A stretch of DNA of 43,923 bases from Pseudomonadota bacterium. Lineage in GTDB: Bacteria; Pseudomonadota; Alphaproteobacteria; Rickettsiales; UBA1997. Numbering within the stretch: position 1 is the first letter of the stretch; every line of letters starts with the position of its first letter. Positions 43,336 to 43,923 of this stretch are shown here, piece after piece. The DNA lies in contig RFYG01000001.1 of assembly GCA_009925685.1 (NCBI GenBank), positions 1 through 43,923 on the forward strand, read 5' to 3'. Position numbers and translations under genes: made by a program. The notes under the pieces are model-generated. The model was not told the origin of the DNA, made no database searches, and worked only from the letters and a program-made list of their open reading frames with translations.

Positions 43336-43923
43336 ATGTTTTTAAAAACTCAATGTCCAGCCAAACTCAACTTATTTCTCAGAATCAACGGCCTCAGAGA
43401 AGATAATTTTCATGAACTTCAATCAATTTTTATAAAAATAAATTTATATGACGAATTGAAAGTTGAGAAAAATCAACAATTTGAACTTGAGGTTAGTGGA
43501 GAATTTTCAAAAAACTTAAATAGCGACAATATTATCACCAAAATTTTTAACTATTTTTATCAAAGTTTTAACCTTCAATCATCAGTAAAAGTTTCTTTAA
43601 CAAAAAATATACCGATTGGCTCTGGACTTGGAGGTGGATCATCTGACGGAGCCTATTTTATAAAAATTTTAAATACAATTTTTAACCTGAATTTATCAAA
43701 AACCACTATGCAAAAAATCTCGGCCATTTTTGGCTCGGATTTGCCGTTTTTTTTTGAAGAAAAAATATGCCTAATCGAAGGTCGTGGTGAAATAATAAAT
43801 CCGATTGATAATTTTAAAAATCATCAATCAAATTTAATAATTGATAATTTAAATGAATTTAAAAACTTATTAATTTTTCCTCAAATTCAAGTCCCAACCA
43901 ATGAAGTTTTTAAGGTTTTTAAA
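43336..43923 (+). CDS. ispE: 4-diphosphocytidyl-2-C-methyl-D-erythritol kinase, 5' partial (runs off the window)
   Basis: It is not in the ORF track because it has no stop. My translation from the ATG at 43336 stays open for 196 codons. CPAKLNLFLRINGLREDNFHEL and the GHMP-kinase motif PIGSGLGGGSSDGA are present. Confidence 0.8.
   Translation, partial: MFLKTQCPAKLNLFLRINGLREDNFHELQSIFIKINLYDELKVEKNQQFELEVSGEFSKNLNSDNIITKIFNYFYQSFNLQSSVKVSLTKNIPIGSGLGGGSSDGAYFIKILNTIFNLNLSKTTMQKISAIFGSDLPFFFEEKICLIEGRGEIINPIDNFKNHQSNLIIDNLNEFKNLLIFPQIQVPTNEVFKVFK

Noticed and set aside
1-43923. A compositional (GC) boundary marking the island
   Set aside because: By eye the accessory and core parts are both strongly AT-rich. 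I cannot compute GC or skew reliably here, so no claim is made.

Overview
AT-rich (judged by eye, not computed) proteobacterial chromosome segment in two parts. All domain calls come from reading motifs by eye; no searches were run.

(1) 1-30397 is an accessory region. It ends at a P4-type tyrosine integrase (28979-30166, minus) and a 50-nt 3' half of tRNA-Pro(UGG) (30348-30397, plus) that looks like an att junction. From left to right it holds:
- an AlpA-like regulator and a TOPRIM-primase/RepA-like-helicase fusion, followed by about 800 bp of non-coding DNA with iteron-like repeats, an 11-bp-stem hairpin and a perfect 19-bp inverted repeat;
- two divergent membrane-lipid operons: TetR, alpha/beta hydrolase, LplT, Aas and a lipoprotein on one side; XRE, a PlsY-like protein, an N-acyl-synthase-like GNAT and a class V aminotransferase on the other;
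- a roughly 17-kb defence island. It contains AbiEi/AbiEii and a four-gene translationally coupled operon (MNT-HEPN fusion, RloC-like AAA_13 ATPase/anticodon nuclease, 1514-aa HheA-like SF1 helicase with a C-terminal Vsr/DUF559-like nuclease, exported DUF1524 His-Me nuclease). It also contains a Shango-like TerB/ATPase/Lhr-helicase triad and an abutting metallophosphoesterase + ParB/Srx-like gene pair.

(2) 30398-43923 is ordinary housekeeping DNA: folK, sdhCDAB, proC, rnhA, leuS, mrp/apbC, hflKC, degP/htrA and the 5' part of ispE.

Best candidates for something undescribed:
- the coupled MNT-HEPN / RloC-like / helicase-nuclease / DUF1524 operon (13114-21338);
- the metallophosphoesterase + ParB-like pair riding behind the Shango-like triad (27250-28572);
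- less strongly, the PlsY-like / GNAT / aminotransferase putative aminolipid module (8788-11282).
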